Shown here piece by piece: positions 51,081 to 64,000 of a DNA stretch of 64,000 nucleotides. The translations under genes were made by a program, and so were the position numbers. The DNA comes from Octopus sinensis (lineage: Eukaryota). The DNA lies in assembly GCF_006345805.1 (NCBI RefSeq), contig NC_043019.1:30007360-30071359 (forward strand), read 5' to 3'. Within the stretch, counting starts at the first letter, position 1, and every line of letters starts with the position of its first letter. The notes under the pieces are model-generated. The model was not told where the DNA came from. It did not search any database and saw only the letters and a list, made by a program, of their open reading frames with translations.

Positions 51081-52194
51081 AACAAAACATGTTGGCTTAT
51101 GAAAAGGTAGGAAAAGGCACCTGCTTTGTTTTAACTTGGTATTTCAGAGCTTTGGGAATGTCTCAAGAATGCCCAAGAAGTCCATCTTCTAGCATATTTA
51201 TTTAATGATTCTTTATAAAACTTTTCATCTCACACGGGAACTTTTTTTAGAAATTCTCAATAGACTGCTGGTATTATCTGCATCAGAGGTCTGCCTTTTT
51301 TTTCTTTTAAATCTAAGGAAGAAATTAATTTTTTTTTTCGGCCCCATTTGTTCATATGCTTTTGGCTTTTTGGATAAGCTCCATTAACTCATTGTTGTCC
51401 TGATCAACAGTAAAATTGTGGTGTGTGAGTTAGCTGTTGGCTGTTGCTGTGGTGAAGGCACATGTGACCTAGTGGTTAGGGTGTTGCTTTCATGATTGGG
51501 AGGTTATGGTTTCAATTCCCGGACCGGGTGGTGCATTGTGTTCTCGAGCAAAAACACTTCATTTCACATTGCTCTGCAATCACTTCAGCATCAGACATGC
51601 GACACACTGAGTAATATTGACATAGGCAATGTCGATTCGATGGAGAGAGTACAACACATACATTTGATCACCATAAACAGATCATCTGTGCAGGTTGTTC
51701 AGCAAGAAATTGCAAAGTCATCTTTCTCTGATTCAGGAGACTACCCAGGTCACTGTTGTTGTTGTTGAGGATGATGATGATGATGATAATAATGATGATG
51801 ATGATGATGATGATGAGGATGATGATGATGATGATGATGTTGTTGTTGTTGTTAATTTTTTTTTTTGTATTTCTGTATGTTGCTGTGTTAGTTGTTGCAG
51901 TTGTTGCTTTTTGTTATCGTTAGTGTTTTTGTTGTTGTTGTTGTTGTAGATCCTGTTCATGGATTTTGTTGTTGTTCTTTTCGCTGCAGCTGCTGCCGCA
52001 GAACCCCCACACCCCAAACCTCGTCTTGCTTCCAATAATAATAATAATATAATAATAATAATAATAATAATTGGTGCCTTGAGCATGATTAAAGACAACA
52101 GAGACAAATACATAACCAAAACTGCAAGACTTAAGATATATATATATGCATGCATACATACATATATATATATATATATTTGTATATGTATTTA

Positions 52195-52241
<47 letters not shown>

Positions 52242-52416
52242 TACAGAGAATTGCACTGCTATGCATTGCACACATATTAAATAGAGTACTTTGAATACAA
52301 TAGGAAAATAGAAGAAACAAAAAAAAAAAAAAGAAATCACATAATACACAATGCTGCACTGCACTCAGTTGTGCAATGAAAACACTCGATAATAAGTCTA
52401 CTGAAAATAATAATAA

Positions 52417-52451
<35 letters not shown>

Positions 52452-52490
52452 ATAATAATAATAATAATAGTAGTAGTAGTAGTAGTAGTA

Positions 52491-52528
<38 letters not shown>

Positions 52529-52539
52529 AGTAGTAGTAG

Positions 52540-52573
<34 letters not shown>

Positions 52574-53160
52574 GATGGTGATGGTGATGATGATGATGAG
52601 CTGATCAAAAACTCATTGAATGAAATAGAACACAAATTAATCAATCCACCGCCTCCCCCCCCTCTCTCCGCCTTACAATTTAGAAAACAAAGCATATATA
52701 AATACACGTGTTGAAAACTTAATTAAGTCAAGCCTAATAATTTCAATTGCTTCGATTAAATTTCATCTGATGACAATGACGAGCAGCCTCCATTTATCTT
52801 GTAAACAATATTTTTAGAAAGAAGCATTATAGCGCCGGTGTGCTACTGTTGGTTAAACTCTCTCTTTCTCTCTCACCTTCTCCATTTTTGTCTTTCTGTC
52901 TGCCTGTCTGTCTGTCTGTCTCTGTTTCTCTCTCTCTCTCTCATCCATTTTCTTCTCTAACAATTGCTACCACCAAGTGAGATAACTTCTTCATTGCAAA
53001 ATAATAATTATGCTTTGAGAAAATATCGGATTCTGTTTATGCACAATTTTAATTTTTGTCGCTGATGTTTAAATTCATTTATTCATTTATATATTTATTT
53101 ATTTATTAAATTTATAAAATTACTTCATAATTTAATTTTTTATTTTCTGCATCTTCGTAG

Positions 53161-53194
53161 TCAGAGAGCTGTTGCAGCATATTAAGCAGAATTA
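53161..53194 (+). CDS. Weak candidate exon (phase 0 reading SESCCSILSRI)
   Basis: Long U-rich tract + cgtag acceptor; weak tta|gttaga donor; open in phase 0, compatible with the 45415 donor; lies in a repeat-poor block. Confidence 0.3.
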
Positions 53195-53799
53195 GTTAGA
53201 TAAAGTGTTGTTTTTTTGTGGTTGTCTTGCCTTATAAGATAATGAAAGAAGAAGGGACAGTGCTCATAACAGTTTCTCAGCCCATCTCCAATTGGTGATA
53301 TTGGCATGGTTAACAATCAGTTTAAACATCTCTGACTAGTGGCATTGGTGACTTGATGGCATGACACAACTGACTGACATTCTGTCAGTCACGATGACAC
53401 ATGTTCCAGTTGAGTTGATCAGCAAAATAGCTTGCACATGAAATTAATATGCAAGTGGCTGAGTACTCCATAGTCATGCATACCCTTAATGTAGTTCTTA
53501 GAAAAATTCAGCGTGACAAAGAATATGACAAGGCTGGTCTTTCGAAATACAGGTACAACTCCTATTTGCCAGCTGAGTGGACTGGGTCAAGGTGAAATAA
53601 AGCATCTTGCTCAAAGACACAACCACCAGGAATCGAACTCAGCACCTTACAATTATGAGTTGAATACACTAATCACTAAGCCACAAACCTTCACTGATAT
53701 GACATGGTAGTTAGGTAACTGAGCCCTCCATAATAAAGTCTTGGGTTCAATTTCTTTTCTGGAGTGTATTGTGTTCTTGGGCAAGGCACTTTATTTCTT

Positions 53800-54480
53800 T
53801 TTACTCCCACCCACTCCATCCATCCATCTTCTCTGCCCACTATTCCTGATAGGATCATGAGAATAGAGTCCTCAGGCATCTCCTCCATAGAGTACCATCA
53901 GAAGCAACCGTTATTAAACTTTCCAGCCAAATTCCCAAGCGTTATCAACTAAGATTATGGACATTATCCATCCATCTCAATCTTGGCCTACCCACTAGCT
54001 GTCTCCAGCTGGTTGGCTTGGCTTGCAGAATCTGTCTTGTAAATCATTCCTGCGGCAGTCTAATGTCAAAACATTAAGATATGTAAATGCTATGTAAATC
54101 TCCTAAAGATAAATGCTCTGTAAATCTCCTGGTACAAAGTTGCACAGCATTCAGACTCACACAACCAGGCACTTGCCAATGATGCAATATCTGCCTCTAC
54201 ATAAACAATACTACAATCATCACTGGGTCTAAGATGCAATATCATATTACTCAGAATTTCTGATGTACACGGTCTAATCTTATATATTGCATCATACGCA
54301 AACTTTGCAGCACCCTTTACATTGATAAAATAAGCTGATGCCTTGCTGGTTGCTTTCAGGTGCATATTCAAAACATATTCCTACATGTGCCAGGCCAACC
54401 TGTTCCCACATACTTCAACACTACAGGTCATTCCATCATTCATTTATTAATGTGCATCATTGCCACACACACCATGAATT
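53800..54480 (-). mobile_element. RTE-clade LINE 3' remnant with (GGAT)n tail
   Basis: Shares its 3' end with 26150-26395; degenerate ORF2 C-terminus. Confidence 0.6.
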
Positions 54481-55791
54481 CACATTCTCAAAGAAATGAA
54501 GGGAATAACCTTTCATTATGAACTTGGCATCATGTCACTGTGAATGGTTTTCCCTTCTACTCTTCCACCGCATCTTGGTTCATTAAACTCTTTCTTGTCC
54601 TTCAACTCCCCTCTCTCCTCATCTTTTCCTTTCACATCACTCTCAACAGCTGTAATACCTTCTATCTATAAATGTTCTAATATCTACACAGCCTTGATTT
54701 TTTATCTCATTATGCAAAAAATTCTTATATACACACGCTGACATATGACCAACGTTGAACCCCTTATTCGCATAATCACCGAACCTGGAACTTAACTATG
54801 GTCTGTCTATAGCACTTATCCAGCATTACCTGACACCTTTGGGTCTCAATGACACCATTACCTCTTATAACCTCAATATATATATACATACATATATATA
54901 TATATGTGTGTGTGTATATATATATATATAGATATGTATTATGTATGTGTTTGTGTGTGTATCTATCAGTTCCTATCTACCAAATCTATGCACAAGGCTT
55001 TGGTTGGCCTGGTGGGGTGGGGCTATAGTAGAAAACACTTGCTCAAGGTGTTGCCCAGTAGGACTGAACATCAGCTCTGGCCATATATTTTTTTTGTCTA
55101 TTTTCTGATGAAGAATGCATGCAGTGTTATTTTGCTTATGTTTGTATCCTCTTGGTGCAAGTTTACCATATTCACTCATGATGTGACTAATACTTCATCT
55201 TTTGCATCACAATGTCTACACAAGCCTGATTCAACATTCTCATCGGATACCTGACATTTCACATAGATTGTACAAACTGTTTGTTCTTATACTGTACAGA
55301 TTAACACCTCAGTTTCAACCTTTAGATCTGATTTTTACATCCTCTTTTATGTCCGTTATTTTTATTAAGGTGGTAAGCTGGCAGAATAATTACATCCTGA
55401 GTTTAACCCTTTGGTATTTAAGCCGGCCATATCTGGCCCAAATATTCTACACTTTTTACATTCAAACTGGCCATATCCAGCCCCTCACACCTAACCTACA
55501 TTGACATTCTAAGAATAAACTATCACACCATTGAAACTACAATACTGTAAGATAATGTATGAGTAATTCAAAACAATTTGAGTGAAAAAGTATTACATTT
55601 AACAGATTAATCTGAACACTAAAGGGTTAAATTCCATTGAGGTCAGCTTTGCCTTTCATACTTTTGGGGTTGATAAAATATGTACCTGTTGAGCACTGAG
55701 GGTGGTGTAACAGAGTATACCATTCCCAAAATTTCAGGTGTTGTGCATATAGTAGGTATTATTATTATTATATTATTATTATTATTATTAA

Positions 55792-55837
<46 letters not shown>

Positions 55838-56267
55838 GCCTTTGCACAGCTTCTAACACTGAAGATGTACTACAGTGTCACCTGTTCACTACCGGTGAAC
55901 TAAAGTAACACCCTTTATTTTTCGAGCACCTACCGGAGTATTTGAGCAGTTCCAAATAGCGCTGTTTTCTGCAAGTGCTCCACCCTTATTGCAGCCCCTA
56001 TTTGTTCCATGTACTTCTCAAGATTTTTACTCACTGTTCCCAGGGCTCCAACAATTATTGGTACTACTACTACCACGTTTTTCATTGACCACAACAGCTT
56101 AGCCTCCCAAGCTAACCTGTCATATCTATCGACTTTTCTTTCTTCCTTATCGCATACTTTGTTGTCAGCTGGGCATGCTATATCTATGATCCAACATAGT
56201 CTGTTTATTTCTCAATTAAGACTATGTCTGGCTTCCTATTCTCTATCTCATGGTCGCACTGAATCAT
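55838..56267 (-). mobile_element. R4/Dong 3' end, family Dong-2
   Basis: EIENRKPDIVLI...IIDIACPADNKVCDKEEEK...PIIVGALGTV...TALFGTAQILR; nucleotide match to 49685-49880; ends in (AAT)n. Confidence 0.9.
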
Positions 56268-56287
56268 TCTTCTTCTTCTTATTATTC

Positions 56288-56747
56288 AGTAGTTTTATTT
56301 TTATATTGTGCTTTCACTTCACTATCGAGCGCAGCCCTGTGTGTCTTGGGTATGTGCTGTGGTTTGTTGTGATGCTCTTATGGTTACTGTATTAAAAGTG
56401 TTTTGCGTAGGATGTGTGCAGTGCCCAGTAGTGCAATTTTCTGTATGTTATATATATTTGTAAGTCCTGATGTTTTTCTTACGTATTTGTCTGAATATTT
56501 ATTTTTATCATGCCCAATGCACCCACTATGATTGTCACATTTTGCTTGTGATCAGAGATGCCCATATTATCAACCACTAAGGGACATGCTCAACTGGTTA
56601 AAGTCAAGCTACTGACAAGCAAATCTGTAGTGCTGAGCAGAATATTTGCTGTAGCCCATCTTTTATACCAAGACAAAATGTGAACATGTTAACACTGCCA
56701 ATCACTTAAGATCAGAAGCCATGAGAGCCTGTTATTGCATCAGGGCA
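56288..56747 (-). mobile_element. Chimera: 5' ~200 bp of element E fused to an R4/Dong 3' end (family Dong-3)
   Basis: Reverse complement runs from the E head to ctctgatcac, then IVGALGMIK...IQKIALLGTAHILRKTL and a 3' UTR; flanked by (AAT)/(AAG)n. Confidence 0.7.
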
Positions 56748-56825
<78 letters not shown>

Positions 56826-57380
56826 GAGTGAGAGAGCAGTGCATGCCATCAAAGTGACACTGTGGTAAAATATACGAAGCCCAGTATACCCATTATGATT
56901 ACCCGTCTGATAAGGGTACACTAGGCACATGCATCACAACCATATGTGTGCAACATAGTGATCTCATATCAAGATAAACAGCACATGACCTTGCAGGTGG
57001 GGCCCAGGTAGAATTTTCTTCTGGTCGAGTAACCCATCCGACTCAAAAGGTCCCTGAATAAGGGTTGTTTAAGGATGTTGAACGAAACACCCATGTTTCC
57101 AGAGGTGAATTATTCAAACCCCAAAGAATCCCTCTCAACACATGGCTATGATACTCCCCCACTACTTCTGCTCATGATCAGAGATGCACATATCTGTAGC
57201 CACTAAGGGACATGCTCAACTGGTTAAGGTCAAACAACTGACAAGTAAATCTGTGGTAATGAGCAGAATATTTGCTGTCGCCCATCTTTTATACCAAGAC
57301 AAAACAATGTACATGATAATACTTCCAATCAGTTTAGATCAGAAGCCACGAGAGCCACTGTCTGGTACTGCATCAGGGCA
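56826..57380 (-). mobile_element. Element E, full copy in (AAT)n
   Basis: Reverse complement of 38371-38921. Confidence 0.85.
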
Positions 57381-57381
57381 G

Positions 57382-57482
<101 letters not shown>

Positions 57483-57884
57483 CCTATCAATATCATAATC
57501 TATCACACTGTTTTTTGTGTAAGATAAAATAAGCTGTTTCTCAGATATTAAAAATCTCTTAATTATTTCTGCCAGTAATAAAAATGATGCCATAATGGTC
57601 ATTGTTATAGACACTTTAGTTTCCCACCAGCTCTGTCTATTATTAAACTATATGCAACAATCAGTTTCTATATTCTATCAAGTCATTCTCAGAACACAGA
57701 TGTGGTTTTTCTATACAACCAGATATGTCTTTCTTCTTCTCCTTCTTCAGTATCAATGTTTCTTGTTCTCATATTGCCTGTAGCTTGTATGTGTGTGTGC
57801 ATGTGTGTGCATGTGTAGATGTGTGTGTGTGTCTGTGTGCATATATATGTATGGGTCTACATATGTATGTGTGTGCAGATGTAT

Positions 57885-58448
57885 ACATGATTTGATCAAA
57901 AAGTATCAGGACTGTTGTTATTGTATGAGAGCCGAAGTACACAGAGTGAAGCCACTTAGCATAGACTGGCAACTCTTGTCTTGCATGTACACTAAGTTAT
58001 AATGCTTTTGCTCACTTCTGTTGTTTATAGCAGTGCTTGGAAGTGAAGTGTGTAGAGTGTAGTCGTCTCAAAAAGGAGACTGAGTTTCAGCTGCACAGGA
58101 TCTTCTTGATAGTATTGAGGAAGAATGAAAACTTTTTGAAAATGGTCATAACAGGTTACAAATCATGGGTGTTGTGGCTATGATCCTGAAACCAAGGCAA
58201 GAATCAAATCTCACTTGAAAGGAACAAGGTTTCAAGACATCAAAGAAATGCAAGAGAATGCAGCGAGGCAGTTGTTAACTATCCCGAAAAAGGAACTTCT
58301 AGGAATGCTTCTGTCAATGGAATTGACACTGGATAAAATGTGTGGCTTGAGAAGGGGTCAACTTCCAATGGGATTAGGTGTTGAATTGATATGAGTTGTA
58401 GTTTTCTTTATATAACATCAGGTCCGATACTATTTAATCAGACCTCAT
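57885..58448 (+). mobile_element. Internally deleted mariner (DD34D-type) transposon
   Basis: Fragments FLKMVITG.KSW..YDPETK and KSHLKGTRFQDIKEMQENA; imperfect inverted termini atcaaaaagtatcaggact / ggtccgatactatttaat. Confidence 0.75.
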
Positions 58449-58771
58449 ATATTTATGTGTGTGGGCATTAAAAAAAAAGACCCCATTTGGTCATGAATGA
58501 CTATGGGATTGCACCTAGAAAGTTCCCCTCCGAGGCACAAGTCTGGGAAAAGTTGTTTATAGAAGACCAGCAGGTGCCCATGCATACCAGACTCCTTTCT
58601 CCATGCAGTGATGTTATCCAAGGGAAAGGCAAAGGCTGATACAGCTTGGCACCAGTGATGTTGTAACTCATTTTTACAGATGAGTGAACTGGAGCAACAT
58701 AAAATAAAGTGTCTTGCTCAAGAACATAACCCAGTCTGGGATTTGAACTCACTACCTCATGATTGTGATCC

Positions 58772-59035
58772 ACTAGTGGTGGTGTAACGCACCATACTAA
58801 TCATATCTGTCGGGCATGTAGAAGAGAGTGTAATTTGGCAGGAGGACTTAAACGACATGCAAAGGTACATGAAGCCCAGTTACAACTACAGCCGGCTATT
58901 GCCGGTAAAAGTTTTAGTTGCCTATTCTGTACAAGACATTGTAGATCTTTAGCTGGGCTAAAAAGTCACATTCGATCACAGTACCAGTTAAGCTTCGTGC
59001 AATGGCCATACTCAATAACAAGGGGGCAGCCATAA
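58772..59035 (+). pseudogene. Twin C2H2 zinc-finger fragment, probably a LINE 3' end
   Basis: ICRACRRECNLAGGLKRHAKVH (exact C-x2-C-x12-H-x3-H) and SCLFCTRHCRSLAGLKSHIRSQ (last His->Gln); stop followed by (TATG)n. Confidence 0.75.
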
Positions 59036-59483
59036 TAATTATGTATGTATGTATTACAAAATCTTAGGACAAATGGAGCTGGCTACACAGTTTCCATGGT
59101 ATACAAGTGACTGTACCATTTTCTCTGATCAGGACACCGATCCATTACAAGGTTGCTCATTTATAACGAAATGGACTGGAACAGCATGAGATGAAGTGTT
59201 TTGCTCAAGAACATAATGTCTTGCCTGGTCTGGGAATTGAAACTGTGATCTTGAGATCATGAGTACAACATCCCTCAGTCAAAGGATCTTGTCTTGTGAG
59301 TTACTTGGTGAGCACACTGGTGTTGGTGCCGCAGAAAAAAAAAGCATCTAGTGGTTGGCATTAGGAAAGATGCACAACTATGGAGACCATAGCAAAGTAG
59401 ACACTGGAGCTTGTTTACAGTTCACTGTCTTCTTGGTTCCTGTGAAACCATCCAACTCATGTCAACATAGAAACTGGATGTTA

Positions 59484-59812
59484 AACAATGATGATGACAA
59501 TGATGATGATGGTGGTGGTGGTAGTGTCATCAGTGGTGGCGGCATTGTTGTTGTTGTTGTTGTCGGTGGATCTGGTGGTGGTAATGTTGTTGTTGTAGTT
59601 GGTGGTGGTGGTGATGATAGTGGTGGTGGTAAATGTTGTGACGGTGGTGGTAGCAAGTAATGATGATGATGATGACGATGACGATGATGATGATGATGTT
59701 GTTGGTGGTGGTGAAGATGATGATGATGACGACGACGACGACTATGACGATAGTGGTGGTGGTAAATGTTGTGGTGGTGGTGGTAGCAGGTAATGATGAT
59801 GATGATGATGAC

Positions 59813-59844
<32 letters not shown>

Positions 59845-59935
59845 CGACGTTGTTGTTGTTGTTGGTGGTGAAGATGATGATGATGATGACGACGAAGATA
59901 GTGGTGGTGGTCAATGTTGTGGTGGCGGCATTGGC
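59484..59935. repeat. Trinucleotide mosaic with a three-unit higher-order repeat
   Basis: gatagtggtggtggt(a/c)aatgttgtg recurs near 59615, 59748 and 59897. Confidence 0.9.
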
Positions 59936-60109
59936 AGTGTTGGCCATTCCAGTATTTCTAATCTATTAATTATCCTTCCAAGTTCTGACTGGAGTGGTCA
60001 ATTTCCACATCCATCACAACCGTCTCCCTTCTCTCTCACCTCTATGGTCACCATTCCTCTGATTCCATTCTTCTTCATCAACAGCTCATTCACCAGCTCT
60101 CATTCACTC

Positions 60110-60670
60110 ATCCCCTCTCTCTCATTCACTTACTCTTTTTCCCTTCATTTACTCTCTCTCATTCACTCACCCTCTCTCATTCACTTATCCTTTTCTCTCA
60201 TTTCCTCTCTCGTTCACTCATCCTCTCTCGCTCTCATTCACTTACCTTTTTTCTCTCATTTACTTTCTCTCTCATTCACTCACCCTCTCTCTCTCATTCA
60301 CTTACCTTTTTTCTCTCATTTACTCTCTCTTTCATTCACTCACCCTCTCTCTCTCACACTCTCATTCACTTACCCTTTTTCTCTCATTTACTCTCTCTCT
60401 CTCTCATCCGCTCATCCTCTCTCTCTTTCTCTCTCATTCACTTACCCTTTTTCTTTCATTTCCTCTCTCTCTCATCCACTCATCCTCTCTCTCTCTCTTT
60501 CTCTCTCATTCACTTACCCTTTTTCTTTCATTTCCTCTCTCTCTCATCCACTCATCCTCTCTCTCTTTCTCTCATTCACTTACCCTTTTTCTCTCATTTC
60601 CTCTCTCTCATTCACTCACCCCCTCTCTCTCTCATTCACTTACCCTTTTTCTCTCACTTACTCTCTCCCT
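60110..60670. repeat. Pyrimidine-rich minisatellite (ctctctcattcacttacc.ttttt)
   Basis: Direct reading; explains the ORF at 59660..60799. Confidence 0.9.
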
Positions 60671-60858
60671 CCCCCTCTCTCTATCATCAACCACCTAACT
60701 CATCATCATTGTTCTCTCATCTCACTCTACTTGTCCTTATTTTTTTTTTTTCTCTCTAATGGACATATTTGTTTGTACACTCTTTGTTTCATTCCTTAAG
60801 TATTTCTTTCTGTTGACCAGATATATTTATTCTGAAAGGAGTATAGGAATCCTTTGTA

Positions 60859-60956
<98 letters not shown>

Positions 60957-62087
60957 GCAGCAGATATTATTGTTAATTCTAATCTCTTTGTATATTTGAA
61001 CAGATCACCTCTTGATGCAAGCATTTAGCAAGTTCCTTTGTTACTTCTTTATCATAAAACAATTGCCACACAATTGTAATGTGTTGGCAGATGGTGTAGA
61101 GTGTTGCTGGTTATTGTTATGTGCTTTGCACAATTTGATTTTGAGTCTCTGTATTCCGGGTTCAAATCCGGTTGGAGTGAACTTTAACTTTAAATCTCCT
61201 TGACTTTTCTTTGTATTTTCCATTAAATCTTCTATGACTTTGCCTCAAAATTCCTTGTTCTTTGTCGTTAAATTCTTCTGTTTTTGATTCTAAGTTTTCC
61301 TGACTTTGCTTTTAAATTTTCTGTTTCTGTCCTTAAATTCTCCTGTATGGCCCTTTAAATCTCCATGTATTTCCCTTTAAATGTCTTTGTCTTTAGATTC
61401 CCCTGTCTTTGCCTTCAAATTTTGCCCTATCATCACTTTAAATTCCTTGTCTTTGCTTCAACCTAAAGCATTTAAACCAGCCATACCTATCCCAAATGTT
61501 CTACCTGTTTTATGTTCAAACAGTTTTCCCTGACCAAATCTGGCCTCTTACACCTATCATACAATGTCATTATAAAAATAAACAATCACATCATTGAAAT
61601 CTTTAAGCTATAAGCTAATGCAAGATTAATTTAAAACAATATGAAAAGTAAGCATTACATTTGAAGTAATATGAGTGCTAAAGGGCCTTTGCTTTTAAAT
61701 TTCTTCCATTTTTACTTTTAAAATCTCCTGTCCTTGTTTTTGCATCCCACTGTCTTTAATTTCAAATCTTGTTGTTTTTAAATCCCATTTTCTTTGTAAA
61801 TCTGCCTGTCTTTTCTGCCTGTCTCTTCCTTAAAATACCCCCTACCCTAACATTTCAGTAACAAAGTTGCTTTGTGTGTTTTATTTTTTAGTTGTAAAAA
61901 TACAATTTGCTACTAACTGGAAATGTGTTGACTTGGAGCTTTGGAACTACATTTTTCTCTTTTAATTTGTTTTCTCTTTTCTATTTACTTGTATCATATG
62001 TAATAAATAAGTGTTTGCATTTGAATACATCTAACCTTCAAGTTAAGCATCCAATGTAATGAATAAAACCTCTATAAGCATTTCATC

Positions 62088-62116
<29 letters not shown>

Positions 62117-62120
<4 letters not shown>

Positions 62121-62455
62121 TTATCATGGAAGTTTTGAAGGATGCAGTGCTCTGACAACTAACAACTGATGCCGGCAGTTTGTTCCATACTTCAGCAACT
62201 CTTAGCATGAAAAAATGTTTCCAAAAGTCATGGGAGCTGTGCTGTTTTCTGACTTTGTAAACATGTCCATGGGTGTTAGACAGATGGAATTTGAAAAGAT
62301 GCTCACAGTTATTGTTTGTAAGATAGTTAATAATTTTATGGGTGTCTGCCAAGTCAGCTGCCAGACGTCGGAGTTTCAATGTATCCATGCCCAGGGAAGT
62401 AAGGCGTTTAGAATATGGCAAATGCCTGATGGAGGGTATTCTCTTGGTTGCACCC
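62117..62455 (-). mobile_element. CR1/L2-clade LINE 3' end
   Basis: YSKRLTSLGMDTLKLRRLAADL...KII...THGH..K...FF..RVAEVWNKLPASVVSCQSTASFK. Confidence 0.85.
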
Positions 62456-63730
62456 TTTCGTTACCAACCCAGCTGAAACTGGCTCTGGCTCTGAGTACAA
62501 ATGTCTTGTTTTCATAAGTTTTGAATTAAAATCTTCCACCAAACCGTAGTCACAATTTATGCTCTTAACACCAGCTGAATGATAACTAAGTTATTTTACT
62601 AAATTCTTTGTTATATTTAAAGTAATTGAAAGAAATACAGTGCATCTCAAAATAAATACAGTAATGAAAGAGTTAACTCTTAACTATGAAATTAAATTCC
62701 ATGGTTATTCCAGTAATGATGTTAAATACTCACAAAAAGTTAGAATTGGTATTTCCTCTAAGTCACATTCCTCAATAGACATGACATCACAACAAAAAAT
62801 AGTTTCAAATATGACATTCCTCAGAAAAAGATAGAATGATATATAAAACTGATTTCTGCAGTTAAGGATAATTAAATTTTGGGTGGAGATATCTGCTATT
62901 GACAGTAAAAGGGTTAAAATAAAAATAGGAGACATTGGATAGTATGGTCCTGAATTCAGGGTGTCTTGAAAGAAGTAGGACAGCCATGGCTGGAATGTCT
63001 TTGATCACATGTTTGATAAAGTCCCTTAACCTGTTCACTGTGAAATAAAATTTCCTGGATATTCCAGTGATGATGTTAAATATCAACAAAAAAATACAAT
63101 TGGTATTTTCTGCAGGTCATATTACCTCAATAAATTTGACATAGAGGTGCGTTACCGCATGCTTTCTGGGTTCAGTCCCACTATGTGGCACCTTGGGCAA
63201 ACGTCTTCTGCAATAGCCTCAGGCCAACCAAAGCCTTGTGAGAGGATTTGGTAGATGGAAACTAGAAGAAGCCCGTCATATGTGTGTGTGTGTAGGTTTA
63301 TGTGTGTGTGTGTAGGTTATGTGTGTGTGTGTGTGTTTGTGTGTGTGTTTGTCTCCCACCATCATTTGACAATTGGTGTTGGTGTGTTTACGTCCCTGTA
63401 ACTTAACAGTTCAGCAAAAGAGACCAATAGAATAAGTAGCAGGCTTAGCAAAAGATTAAATCCTGGGGTTGATTCATTTGACTAAAAATTCTTCGAGGTG
63501 GTGCCTCAGCATGGCCACAGTCTAATGACTGAAACAAGTAAAAAGAAAAAAAGAACAAAAGAAAAGAAAAAAACAAAAAAGAGATACATCAACCAAAAAA
63601 TAGTTTCAAGCATGACATTCCTCACCAAAAGATAGACTGGTATATAAAACAACTTCCCAAAGTAAAGGGTAATGAAATTTTGAATGGATATATCTAATGG
63701 CTGCAACAAATGGGTTAATAATATTCTGTT

Positions 63731-63961
63731 TTAACCCTTTCCTTATACTGTATTTATTTTGAGAGCCTCTGTTTTTCTCTCAACTATTTTAAATATAAGA
63801 AAGAATTTAGTAAAATAACTTAGTTATCATTAATCTAGTGTTAGGAACATTAATTGTGACTAAGGTTTGGTGGAAGATTTTAATTCAAAACTTATGAAAA
63901 CAAGACATTTGTACTACAGAGCCAGAGCAGGTTTCAGCCGGGTTGGTATCAAAAGGGTTAA
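63731..63961. mobile_element. piggyBac-like MITE (TTAA-CCCTTT...AAAGGG-TTAA)
   Basis: Both termini visible; opposite-orientation copy at ~62452-62675 and a partial copy at ~24472. Confidence 0.7.
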
Positions 63962-64000
63962 TGTAAATGTATTTGAATTTCCCTCTTTCAATCTGTCAAT

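Noticed and set aside
50104-51192. Three exon-like segments (50104-50187, ~50875-50940, 51148-51192) with good splice sites and open frames
   Set aside because: All lie in or beside the antisense strand of a decayed Tx1/L1 element whose motifs explain the sequence; exonisation cannot be shown without RNA data.
57050-57105. CTGAATA...GAAAC hammerhead-like spacing in element E
   Set aside because: Core G8 is missing, helix II does not pair, and it is antisense to E's inferred transcript.
59660-60799. 379-aa ORF
   Set aside because: Trinucleotide mosaic plus CT-rich minisatellite; no coding signal.

Overview
This is eukaryotic, AT-rich DNA saturated with microsatellites and transposons. The SINE families and repeat load point to an octopus (Octopodidae) genome; this is inferred from recognition, and no species can be assigned. 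The window is almost entirely intronic sequence of one unidentified + strand gene. Two exons are well supported and phase-compatible (20535-20718 and 44994/44997-45415), and three more are weaker candidates (45-nt cassette 32620-32664, alternative first exon 40432-40453, 53161-53194). Nearly all ORFs in the supplied track are artefacts of simple repeats. The rest is mobile DNA: four SINE families; fragments of RTE, CR1/L2, Tx1/L1 and R4/Dong LINEs; mariner, piggyBac-like, hAT-like and foldback MITEs; a Helentron-type element; and a 21-bp minisatellite. The best lead is a ~280-nt element with a tRNA-like Pol III head (A/B boxes, no TTTT on its sense strand) and a Penelope-type minimal hammerhead ribozyme motif near its 3' end. 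It occurs twice as a head-to-head palindromic dimer (26464-26898 with a 15-bp target-site duplication; 45841-46260). Other leads: LINE-like 3' ends encoding twin C2H2 zinc fingers, and stacks of (AAT)n-targeting R4/Dong elements with a non-autonomous partner. All coordinates were read by eye; repeat boundaries are approximate.
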